Positions 56,002 through 64,000 of a stretch of DNA of 64,000 bases are shown one piece after another. Every line of letters starts with the position of its first letter. Position 1 is the first letter of the stretch. Origin of the DNA: Acidobacteriota bacterium (GTDB taxonomy: Bacteria > Acidobacteriota > Thermoanaerobaculia > Gp7-AA8); the NCBI GenBank assembly GCA_019244185.1, contig JAFATB010000026.1, positions 64,001 through 128,000 of the forward strand, given 5' to 3'. The position numbers were made by a program, and so were the translations under genes. The notes under the pieces are model-generated. The model did no database searches. It saw only the letters and a program-made list of their open reading frames with translations, and was not told the origin of the DNA.

Positions 56002-56354
56002 CCGGCGCTTCGCAGGACGCCGGCGGCGTTCTCGAATGATTCGGCTTTCACGAGCACATAGTCGGTATCGTACGTTGCGATCGGGAAGACGCTGATGCGC
56101 GCGTTCGCGAGCGGACCCACTAGCGCTGCGGCGACGCCGGTGACCTCGAACGGAATCGGACCTTCGACCTGAAACGCGCGCCAGCCGCGCTCCGCCTGCA
56201 CGTCGTCAGGCACCGCGTCTTCATCGCAGACGATCGAGAGCTCGTCGCGCGTGCGCGTCACGCACGTGAACGCGCCGCGCGGCCACGACGGGAGCTCCGC
56301 GTCGGACGCGAGCCTGCAGACGGCGAGACGAACGTCGAGCATCGCGATGCGCAT
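55986..56354 (-). CDS. ACT domain protein
   Basis: TRT.DELSIVC, W....V.GP..F...G.......LA...IS.F.I.TYDTDY.LV. Confidence 0.9.
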   Translation of the reverse strand: MRIAMLDVRLAVCRLASDAELPSWPRGAFTCVTRTRDELSIVCDEDAVPDDVQAERGWRAFQVEGPIPFEVTGVAAALVGPLANARISVFPIATYDTDYVLVKAESFENAAGVLRSAGHDVR

Positions 56355-56364
56355 GACGAACGGC

Positions 56365-56757
56365 TCAAACCTCGTTCGCCGCGAGCAGGCGCGCGATCGC
56401 GCTCGTGAGCTCGTCGGGCGTGAACGGCTTGCGCACGACCTCGAAGACTTCGCCCTCGATCGTTCTCAGCACCGCGTCGGGCGAGCCGGTGACGACGAGC
56501 ACGCGGCGCAGCATCGCGGGACGCGCCTCGCGCAGATGCCGGATGACGGTCATGCCGCCTTCGGTCGGCGTCATGAGATCGAGCAGCAGCGCGTCGTACT
56601 CCTGTTCGTCGAGCCGTTCGATGGCTTGGTTGCCGCCGCTGACAACGTCGACGCGGTGGCCTTCGCGGCGCAGCAGCGTGCCCATGAGCTTCTGCATGGA
56701 GGTGTCGTCGTCGAGGACGAGCAAGCGCGCCTTGGGGCGAAGGAGGGAGAGCACCAT
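56365..56757 (-). CDS. Single-domain response regulator
   Basis: LVLDDD, LLDLM.P..GG, VVTG, RKPF. Confidence 0.9.
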   Translation of the reverse strand: MVLSLLRPKARLLVLDDDTSMQKLMGTLLRREGHRVDVVSGGNQAIERLDEQEYDALLLDLMTPTEGGMTVIRHLREARPAMLRRVLVVTGSPDAVLRTIEGEVFEVVRKPFTPDELTSAIARLLAANEV

Positions 56758-56784
56758 CGGCGCGCGAGTCTACACGAGGCGTGC

Positions 56785-56859
56785 TGGTGCGGAGTGAGGG
56801 ATTCGAACCCCCGACCCCCTCGGTGTAAGCGAGATGCTCTACCGCTGAGCTAACCCCGC
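56785..56859 (-). tRNA. tRNA-Val(TAC)
   Basis: GCGGGGTTAGCTCAGCGGTAGAGCATCTCGCTTACACCGAGGGGGTCGGGGGTTCGAATCCCTCACTCCGCACCA. Confidence 0.95.
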
Positions 56860-56887
56860 ACGCGCCGTCGAGAATAGCACGCGCCGA

Positions 56888-57388
56888 TCACGCCTCGTTC
56901 GCGAGCGCATCGAGCGCGTCGCCGGCGAGGCGATAGATCATCCACTGGTCGTTCGGGCGCGCGCCGAGGGAGCGGTAGAAACGGATGGCGGGCTCGTTCC
57001 AGGTGAGCACAGCCCATTCGACGCGGCCGCAGTGGCGCTGCTTCGCGAGCGAGGCGAGATGCGCGAGCAGCGTGCGGCCGTAGCCGCGGCCGCGCATTTC
57101 GGGGCGGACGTACAGATCCTCGAGGTAAATCCCCGGACGTCCGACGAACGTCGAGAAGTTGTGAAAGAAGAGCGCGAAGCCGGCAGGCTCGCCATCGACA
57201 TCGCCGATCACGACCTCCGCGTACGCGCGATTGCCGAAGAGCGTCTCGCGCAACAGTTCTTCCGTGGCGACGACTTCGTGCGCGAGCCGCTCGTATTCGG
57301 CGAGCTCGCGGATGAAGCGGAGGATGAGCGGCACGTCGTCGACGGTGGCCGTGCGAATGCGGAGCGGTGGTGCCGCGGATTGTGTCAC
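56888..57388 (-). CDS. GNAT N-acetyltransferase (spermidine/diamine acetyltransferase-like)
   Basis: IRELAEYE, FF.NFST..G..GIYLEDLYV.P..RG.G.G, W.VL.WN.PAI.FY. Confidence 0.92.
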   Translation of the reverse strand: MTQSAAPPLRIRTATVDDVPLILRFIRELAEYERLAHEVVATEELLRETLFGNRAYAEVVIGDVDGEPAGFALFFHNFSTFVGRPGIYLEDLYVRPEMRGRGYGRTLLAHLASLAKQRHCGRVEWAVLTWNEPAIRFYRSLGARPNDQWMIYRLAGDALDALANEA

Positions 57389-57435
57389 GGCGGCGCATCC
57401 TACCTCGGCTACAATCGGCGGCGTTCCCCAACGCG

Positions 57436-60231
57436 ATGAACACCAGGCACGTCGTGACGCTTTGCCGGGTCGAGTTCGTCGCCGCGGTCGCGCTCGTTCT
57501 CGTCAACTTCTACAGCCTCGCCACGCGTCCCTCGCTCGGCTTCGACTACAGCACGAGCGACGCGCGCGTGCTGAGCGTGACGCCGGGCGGCCCGGCGGCG
57601 CGCGCGGGGATTGCGCCGGGCGACCGCGTGCTCTCGATCAACGGGGACGTTGTCGCGGCGGACGCGATGCCGCTCTTCTTCGTGCGCGCGGGACAGAGCG
57701 TGCCGGTGATCGTCCAGCGCGGCGAGAACGTGCGCACGATTGCGTTGAGCGCCGTGTCGGCCGAGGAGCAGCGGGAAGAGGCGCTGCGCGCGGGAGGAGC
57801 GCGTGCGGTCAGCGCGATCACGGGATACCTCAACTACCCGCTGCACATCTGGATGCTCGGACTCGCGGCGGCGCTGCTCGTGCTGCGGCCGGGCAACTTC
57901 GACGCGCGACTCGCGGCGCTTTCGCTGACGTCATGGGCGGGGAGTCTCTTTCTCTTCCGCTACTCGGGGATGGGCATCGTGCTCGACGCGCTGCCGGCGC
58001 CGGCGGCGTGGCTGCTGGTGGCGCTCGACGGCACGTTCTCGGCGGGATTCTTCGCGGTCAACCTGCACTTCGCGCTGGTCTTCGCGAGCGAGCGCGCGAC
58101 GCGCGTGTCTCGGACGTGGCAGACGATTCCGTACATCGCGGCGCTGCCGATCTTCATCGAGACATACGCGAACGGGATGCTGCGGCTCCGACACGACGTG
58201 CACGCGGCGGCGCTGCCGTTCGCGAATCTCTACTCGCCGGTCGGCTCGCTGCTGCTCGTGGCGTCGCTGGTCGCGCTGGCGGTGCGTTTCTCGCGGATGC
58301 GCGATGCGAACGCGCGTCGCCGTCTGCTACTGCTGTTTCTGGCGCTGCTGCCGGGCACGATCGCGTTCGCATTCGGATATCTCGTCGACGCGCTGCACCT
58401 CGGCTACGGCTGGGAAGTGACCGCGCGCCTGCTGCACACGCCGACGACGATGCTCGGCTCGTCGATCTTCGCGTACGCGGTCGTGCGCCATCGCATGTTC
58501 AACATCCGCGTGCTGGTGCGGCGCAGCCTGCAGTACGCGCTCGCGCGCGGCACGCTGCTCGCGGTGATGTCGCTGCCGCTGATCGGCTTGGCGCTGTTTC
58601 TCTACGCGCATCGGCGCGACTCGCTGGCGGTGCTGCTGACCGGCACGCCCGCGGTGTACCTGCTCGTCATCCTGCCGCTGCTCGCGGTCGTGCGGTACCG
58701 CAAGCCGCTGCTCGAGGCGCTCGACCGCCGCTTCTTCCGCGAACAGTACGACGCGCGCCGGCTGCTGCTGCACGTCGTGTCGATCATCCGCGGCGGCTCG
58801 GACATGCTCGCGTTGTCGCGCGCGGCGCTCGATGAGATCGACAAGGCGCTGCATCCGAAGCATCTCTCGTTGTGGCAGGCGGATTCGGACGGCGCGGAGC
58901 TGCGCCGCGGGTTCGCGCGCGGCGACGGCACGCATGAGACGCCGCCGCTCGCGGTGAGCGGGACGCTTGCGACGCTGCTGTCTGCCGACGACGAGCCGCT
59001 CGACATCCACAGCCGCCAGACGCGCACGCTGTTGCAGCGATTGCCGGGAGCGGAACGCGACTGGCTGCGGAGCACGGACGCGTATCTGCTCGTGCCGCTG
59101 CTCATCGAGAAGCGGCTCGGCGGACTCCTCGTCCTCGGCGAGCGCAAATCGGAAGAGCCGTACAGCCGCGAAGACCGCGAGCTGCTGCGGATGCTCGGCG
59201 CGCAGCTCGCGCTGACGCTCGACTACTCGCGGCTCAAGCAGTCGCCGTCGCTCGTGTGGGGCACGGCGTCGTCCCCCGCGCCGGTGCATCTCTTCGTCAG
59301 CGACGGACTGCAGCTCTGCCCGCGCTGCGGCCGCTGCTACGCCGCCGACGCGCGCCAGTGCGAGAACGACGAACAGGCGCTCGTCCCCGAGTCGGGCGTG
59401 CCGCGCATGATCGAGGACAAGTACGTCGTCACGCGACTCCTCGGCCGCGGCGGCATGGGCTCGGTCTATCTCGCGACGCAGACGCGGCTCAATCGTCCCG
59501 TGGCGATCAAGGTGCTGCTCTCGCACCTCGTCGGCAGCTCGTCGATGCGCACGCGCTTCGAGCGCGAGGCGCGCATCGTGGCGCGGCTGCGTCATCCGGC
59601 GATCGTGACGATCCACGACTTCGGCGTGCTGCCGTCGGGGCACGCGTATCTCGTGATGGAGTATCTCGACGGCGACACGCTGCGGAAGACGATCACGTCG
59701 GGGCCGCAGGCGCTCGCGCCGGCGCTCGGCATTCTGCGTCCCGTTGCCGAGGCCATCGATGCCGCGCATCGCGCGGGCGTCGTGCATCGCGATCTCAAGC
59801 CGGAGAACATCATGCTCGTGCGCGACGACGCGAACAGCACGCCGCGCGTGCTCGACTTCGGTCTCGCGAAGATGACTGGGCCGATCGGCGAAGACGAGGC
59901 GACGCTCGTACAGTCGAACCACAGCGCGGGCGTGGTCGGGACGCTCATGTACATGGCGCCGGAGGTGCTGAGCGGACATGCGGCGGATGCGCGCGCGGAT
60001 CAGTACAGCCTCGCGCTGATCGCGTACGAGCTGCTCGCCGGCGAGCATCCGCTCGGGCGTTCGACCGACCTCGCGTCCGTCGTGCGCGGGCACACGGAGA
60101 CGGCGATGATGCCGATTCGCTCACGCGTGGACGTCCCGCAGCACGTGTCCGATGCGATCGACCGCGCGCTGTCGAAGAGAGCGGATGCGCGCTTCGCGAG
60201 CGTCGGCGAGTTTCTCGCGGCGCTCGGTTAG
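57436..60231 (+). CDS. Membrane Ser/Thr protein kinase (PDZ, multi-TM, GAF, CxxC, kinase)
   Basis: GGPAARAGI.PGD.V..ING; LGRGGMG.VY, VAIK, HRDLKPEN, DFGLA, YMAPE. Confidence 0.92.
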   Translation: MNTRHVVTLCRVEFVAAVALVLVNFYSLATRPSLGFDYSTSDARVLSVTPGGPAARAGIAPGDRVLSINGDVVAADAMPLFFVRAGQSVPVIVQRGENVRTIALSAVSAEEQREEALRAGGARAVSAITGYLNYPLHIWMLGLAAALLVLRPGNFDARLAALSLTSWAGSLFLFRYSGMGIVLDALPAPAAWLLVALDGTFSAGFFAVNLHFALVFASERATRVSRTWQTIPYIAALPIFIETYANGMLRLRHDVHAAALPFANLYSPVGSLLLVASLVALAVRFSRMRDANARRRLLLLFLALLPGTIAFAFGYLVDALHLGYGWEVTARLLHTPTTMLGSSIFAYAVVRHRMFNIRVLVRRSLQYALARGTLLAVMSLPLIGLALFLYAHRRDSLAVLLTGTPAVYLLVILPLLAVVRYRKPLLEALDRRFFREQYDARRLLLHVVSIIRGGSDMLALSRAALDEIDKALHPKHLSLWQADSDGAELRRGFARGDGTHETPPLAVSGTLATLLSADDEPLDIHSRQTRTLLQRLPGAERDWLRSTDAYLLVPLLIEKRLGGLLVLGERKSEEPYSREDRELLRMLGAQLALTLDYSRLKQSPSLVWGTASSPAPVHLFVSDGLQLCPRCGRCYAADARQCENDEQALVPESGVPRMIEDKYVVTRLLGRGGMGSVYLATQTRLNRPVAIKVLLSHLVGSSSMRTRFEREARIVARLRHPAIVTIHDFGVLPSGHAYLVMEYLDGDTLRKTITSGPQALAPALGILRPVAEAIDAAHRAGVVHRDLKPENIMLVRDDANSTPRVLDFGLAKMTGPIGEDEATLVQSNHSAGVVGTLMYMAPEVLSGHAADARADQYSLALIAYELLAGEHPLGRSTDLASVVRGHTETAMMPIRSRVDVPQHVSDAIDRALSKRADARFASVGEFLAALG

Positions 60232-61010
60232 GGAACGATCATCACCGGCACGTTCGCGTGCCGCACGATGTCGAGCTTCCCTTCGCTGAGCGCGCCTTTC
60301 GCGTTGAGGAAGATCGCGTCGATGTCGCGCTTCTCCGCGTACGACACGATCTCTTCCTCGGCGCGCTTGCCGGTGACGATGGCGATGGTCGCGTTGGGCA
60401 GCGTCTGTGCGATCTGCTGCAGATGCGCCTCCGCGCGCGAACGCAACTCGCCGTCGCAGACTGTGACGAGGTGCAGCTCCTTCGCGACCTGCTTCGCGAG
60501 ATCGAGCGCGGTGTGCGCGGTCTGGTCGAGATGCACCGGCACGACGACGCGGCCGAAGACGTCCGTGCGCCTGCGGATGCCGTAGCGGATCGCGAGCACC
60601 GGCGCGGGCGGCGCGTCGAGCACCGAGCGCGTCGTCGAGCCGACGAAGAGATGCGCGACGTGATGCCGCGCGTGCGTGGCGATGACGATGAGATCGACGC
60701 CTTCGTCTTTCGCGACGTGCGCGATCTCGTCGCCGATGCCCGGCGCCTGCCGCACGATGAGGCGCGTCGCGACAGACGAGTTCGCGCGGCGCACGCGATC
60801 GCGCAGACGATCGAGCTCCGACTGTTCGACGTATTCGTAAAGCGAGGGATCGGCCTTGAACCGCAGTTCCTGAGGATGCGAAGGCCACGTCATGCGCACG
60901 TGCAGGATGAGCAGCTCGGCGCGGTCCGCCGCGGCGATGCGGACGGCATCGTCGAACACCCACTCCGACGCGGTGGAGAAGTCGGTCGGGATCAGCAGAC
61001 GGTGAAACAT
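60228..61010 (-). CDS. Universal stress protein (tandem Usp domains)
   Basis: L.PTDFS, ILHV, DLIVIATH, GS....V....P.PVL. Confidence 0.9.
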   Translation of the reverse strand: MFHRLLIPTDFSTASEWVFDDAVRIAAADRAELLILHVRMTWPSHPQELRFKADPSLYEYVEQSELDRLRDRVRRANSSVATRLIVRQAPGIGDEIAHVAKDEGVDLIVIATHARHHVAHLFVGSTTRSVLDAPPAPVLAIRYGIRRRTDVFGRVVVPVHLDQTAHTALDLAKQVAKELHLVTVCDGELRSRAEAHLQQIAQTLPNATIAIVTGKRAEEEIVSYAEKRDIDAIFLNAKGALSEGKLDIVRHANVPVMIVP

Positions 61011-61033
61011 GTCGGTTGCAGCTTCGGCAACCG

Positions 61034-61672
61034 CTATCGTGCCACAGGCGCGGCCGGTTCCGCCGCCGGTTCCGCGGTGCCGACCGTCGCAACGGCGGCG
61101 GCGGGCGCGGTGGGCGAGGGTCCCGGGGTCACGATGTAGCGGATGACGGTCTTCGGCTCCGCCTCGGTCTCGGCGACCTGCAGCGTGATCTGCTGGCCGT
61201 TCGGATCGAGTGCCTCGCCGGGGATGAACGGGTCCTGCATGGCCTGGTTGAGCTGCACCTCGAGCGTGCGCCAGTTCTTCTGCTCCGGCGGATACGGATC
61301 CTGCGCGGGGAAGGCGCGGAACTGCGCGAGGTACGTCGTGTAGTAGTGATAGACCTGCGGGAACGAGTCGTCGGTGGCGAGCGTGTAGACGCGTGCGCCG
61401 GCGCCGTACTTGTTGCGCGTCATCACGGCGTCGCGGCTGGTGAGATCGCTGCGGAACTGCGCGCCGTCGTAGATCGGGATGGCGCGGTTGATGGAGCCGA
61501 GCTCCTGCCTCGCGTCGACGTTCGGCTGCGCCGCGGTGGCGGCGGGCGCCTCACGCGCGGGCTGCTTCTCTTCGGCCGCCTTCGATTCGGTGCCGCCCGT
61601 GCAACCGGCGGCGAGAGCGGTCGAAAGCAGCGTGGCCAGCAGGGTTGCGGCGGCGCTCGTGCGGGTCGTCAT
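61034..61672 (-). CDS. Putative lipoprotein
   Basis: Hydrophobic signal ending in the lipobox LAAGC. Confidence 0.7.
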   Translation of the reverse strand: MTTRTSAAATLLATLLSTALAAGCTGGTESKAAEEKQPAREAPAATAAQPNVDARQELGSINRAIPIYDGAQFRSDLTSRDAVMTRNKYGAGARVYTLATDDSFPQVYHYYTTYLAQFRAFPAQDPYPPEQKNWRTLEVQLNQAMQDPFIPGEALDPNGQQITLQVAETEAEPKTVIRYIVTPGPSPTAPAAAVATVGTAEPAAEPAAPVAR

Positions 61673-61706
61673 CGAGCTTCGATACAGCAATGGGTATGCC
61701 GCTCTC

Positions 61707-62210
61707 TCAATTGTTCTGCGCTTGGAAGGCAACCGAACGGTACCGTTTGGCGTCGCTGCGCAGGCGTTCGAGCGCGGTCTCGCCGCCGTACTTCGCGACC
61801 AGGCGCTCGTCGTAGAGGTCGGAGATGTTGGCCACGCTGTCGAGCGAGGCGATGAGCTGCTCGGGACGGAGGCGGCGGCCGAGGAAGGAGTGCGAGTAGA
61901 AGATGTCGCCGCCGACCATGCTGAACGCGCCGAGCGGCACTTCGGCGTTGAGGCGGAGCAACTCCTGAGCGAGGTCGAACGTCGGCTCGACGCCCTGCAC
62001 GCAGAACGCGAGCACCTCGATCACCGCGTCGTCTTCCTCGAAAGGATCGATCGAGATCTCCAGCACGGTCGAGCCGTACTTGAGGTAGAAGTCACAGTGG
62101 TCGGCATCGTCGAAGTGCTCGTCGACGAGTTCGTCGAGGTACGACTTCACCTGACGATAGACTTCCTCCTGGCACTGGCTGTGGAACTGCTTGGCTCCTG
62201 AGCGCGGCAT
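61707..62210 (-). CDS. YbjN/CesT-like (T3SS chaperone-fold) domain protein
   Basis: YGS..L, LL.LN.....GAF......I...H, AN.SD.YD..L...YGG. Confidence 0.75.
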   Translation of the reverse strand: MPRSGAKQFHSQCQEEVYRQVKSYLDELVDEHFDDADHCDFYLKYGSTVLEISIDPFEEDDAVIEVLAFCVQGVEPTFDLAQELLRLNAEVPLGAFSMVGGDIFYSHSFLGRRLRPEQLIASLDSVANISDLYDERLVAKYGGETALERLRSDAKRYRSVAFQAQNN

Positions 62211-62227
62211 GTGCGGCGATTATAGCG

Positions 62228-63418
62228 ATGAAGAGTGACGACGACGCATTTGCGCGAGACCGCAGACGGCAGCTCGTCCTGAAGCGAGGCAAGGAGCGCG
62301 TCGCGGCGAATCGTCATCCGTGGATTTTCGCGGGCGCACTTCACGCGGAGCGCGGACCGGAAGACGCCGCGCTGGCGGACCTCGTCGACGCGTCCGGCGC
62401 GCGCATCGCGTCGGGCTTCTACTCGAAGCAGTCGCAGATCCGCTTACGCGCGCTGACGTTCGGCGACGAAGAGCTGACGCCGGAGCTGCTCGACGCGCGC
62501 ATCACGCGCGCGATCGCGCGTCGCAAGCCGATCTTCGACGACGCGACGAACGCCGCGCGGCTCATTCACGCGGAAGGCGATGACCTCAGTAGCATCGTCG
62601 TCGATCGCTACGACGACGTCGTCGTCGTGGAGATCGGCAGCCGCGGCGCGGAGCGACTGAAGCCGCTCATCGTCGACGCGCTGCGACGCGAGCTCGCGCC
62701 GCGCGTGATCTTCTTCAAGAACGATCTGCCCGCGCGCGCGCTCGAACAGCTGACCACGACCGCCGAACAGATCGGCGACGGCGCGCCGCGCACGACGATC
62801 CGCGAGTCGGGTTTGCGCTTTCACGTCGATCCCGCCGCGGGACAGAAGACCGGCTTCTTTCTCGATCAGCGCGAGAACCGCCGTCTCGCACGGACGCTCG
62901 CGACCGGCAAGCGCGCGCTGAATCTCTTCTCGTACAGCGGCGCGTTCGGCGTTTACGCGGCGGCGGGCGGCGCGAGCTCCGTGACGAACGTCGACGTCTC
63001 CGCGCCGGCCATTGAAACCGCGCGCGAGAACCACGCGCTCAACGGCTTCGACGCGACGCACCTCGTCGCCGACGCGTTTCAGTACGTGCGGCAGACGCGC
63101 GAGCAGTTCGACCTTCTGATCTGCGATCCGCCCGCGTTCGCGAAGTCACGCCACGACGTCGAGCGCGCGGCGCGCGGCTACAAGGACGTCAACCTCTTTG
63201 CGATGCGCCTGGTGTCGCCGGGAGGTCTCATGATGACGTTCTCGTGCTCGGGCCACATGTCGCTCGATCTCTTCCAGAAAGTCCTCTTCGCGGCGGCGCT
63301 CGACGCCGGACGGCGCGTCTCGTTCGTGCGCAGGCTCGGCGCCGGTCCCGATCATCCGGTGTCGATCTACTGTCCGGAAGGGGAGTATCTCAAGGGCTTT
63401 CTGCTCGAGATTCACTGA
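62228..63418 (+). CDS. rlmI: RlmI-like class I SAM-dependent rRNA methyltransferase
   Basis: HPWIF PUA, EGD.L....VD.Y, GQKTGFFLDQR.NR, LNLFSY.G.F, DPPAF, FSCS, PE..YLKG. Confidence 0.88.
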   Translation: MKSDDDAFARDRRRQLVLKRGKERVAANRHPWIFAGALHAERGPEDAALADLVDASGARIASGFYSKQSQIRLRALTFGDEELTPELLDARITRAIARRKPIFDDATNAARLIHAEGDDLSSIVVDRYDDVVVVEIGSRGAERLKPLIVDALRRELAPRVIFFKNDLPARALEQLTTTAEQIGDGAPRTTIRESGLRFHVDPAAGQKTGFFLDQRENRRLARTLATGKRALNLFSYSGAFGVYAAAGGASSVTNVDVSAPAIETARENHALNGFDATHLVADAFQYVRQTREQFDLLICDPPAFAKSRHDVERAARGYKDVNLFAMRLVSPGGLMMTFSCSGHMSLDLFQKVLFAAALDAGRRVSFVRRLGAGPDHPVSIYCPEGEYLKGFLLEIH

Positions 63419-64000
63419 CGCGCTCGATCCGCATCTCCACCGAGCGCTCGCTTCCGTCCCAGCGGATTTCCGCCGTTCCGGAAAGCTGGAGCGTGCGCGC
63501 GAAGTCGGTGAAGAGCAGGCCGCAGCGCGGATTCACGGCGAGGTTCCCGAGCGTGTTGAACATGTTGTTGCCCGGAAAGTCGTCCCACGCGACGCGTTGC
63601 GCGTCCGCGCGCACGAAGCCCGCCCGTCCGCCGCGGTGCGACGCGTCCGCGCCGCGTTCGGGATGCGCGGTGCCGATGAAGAACGTGTCCGCGCCGCGAA
63701 TCCACGCCTGCTGTTCGGCGGACAGCGCGTCGCCGCTCGCGCGCACGTCGAGCCGCGGCACGCGCACGTCCTGCGGCGTGATGTACTGCGGACAGTTGCC
63801 GTAGACCTCGCGCGTCGTGACGACGATCGCGTCGCCGTCGAACCGCGCGATGCCGTTGAAGCGCATGCGCCGGCGCGCGGCGAAGTCGATGACGAGCACG
63901 CCGATCGGTCCGGCGAAGACTTCGTTGCGCGCGAGCGGCGCGAGCACGAGCGTCCGCTCGTCGATCGCGCGCGCGAATCCCGGAGCGCCAACGAGCAGCG
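63390..64000 (-). CDS. Pyridoxamine 5'-phosphate oxidase-like FMN-binding protein (start lies outside the window)
   Basis: IDF..RRR.R.NG, YGNCP.YI, ADTFFI.T, DASHRGG..GFV, D..GN.MFNTLGNL..NP..GLLF.DF. Confidence 0.88.
   Translation of the reverse strand, partial: LLVGAPGFARAIDERTLVLAPLARNEVFAGPIGVLVIDFAARRRMRFNGIARFDGDAIVVTTREVYGNCPQYITPQDVRVPRLDVRASGDALSAEQQAWIRGADTFFIGTAHPERGADASHRGGRAGFVRADAQRVAWDDFPGNNMFNTLGNLAVNPRCGLLFTDFARTLQLSGTAEIRWDGSERSVEMRIERVSESRAESP

Overview
High-GC bacterial chromosome segment; the gene content resembles Acidobacteriota/Thermoanaerobaculia, but that is an inference. 1-19.4 kb is host-type DNA: the start of a contractile injection system-like operon (DUF4255/Pvc16, hypothetical, tail sheath) beside a sigma-54 activator, then endonuclease III, two STAND-type regulators, secreted beta-propeller proteins and proline dehydrogenase. 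19.9-53.2 kb holds two tandem integrative elements at the 3' end of tRNA-Asp(GTC) (53168-53244, minus strand), marked by duplicated tRNA 3' ends at 27427 and 19918. The outer 7.5-kb element carries a type I R-M system with the anticodon nuclease PrrC. The inner 25.7-kb element carries a tyrosine integrase, arm-type repeats, two SymE-like domains and a RES-Xre module. It also carries three unusual cargo loci: (a) an unannotated 34-aa peptide ending ...VPLAGG-WQY, translationally coupled to an unknown protein, a divergent 4-His carotenoid-oxygenase-like propeller and a JAB peptidase (candidate new RiPP pathway); (b) an operon of methyltransferase, TM-DUF5919-like protein, RFA-P/C-glycoside synthase-like enzyme and a HAM1-kinase fusion (candidate modified-nucleotide defence or biosynthetic system); (c) an M4 protease and amidase flanking small proteins that repeat an FKAG[KR]D[LI] motif. 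53.3-64 kb is ordinary housekeeping DNA including tRNA-Val(TAC). All assignments come from motif recognition by eye; no searches were run.
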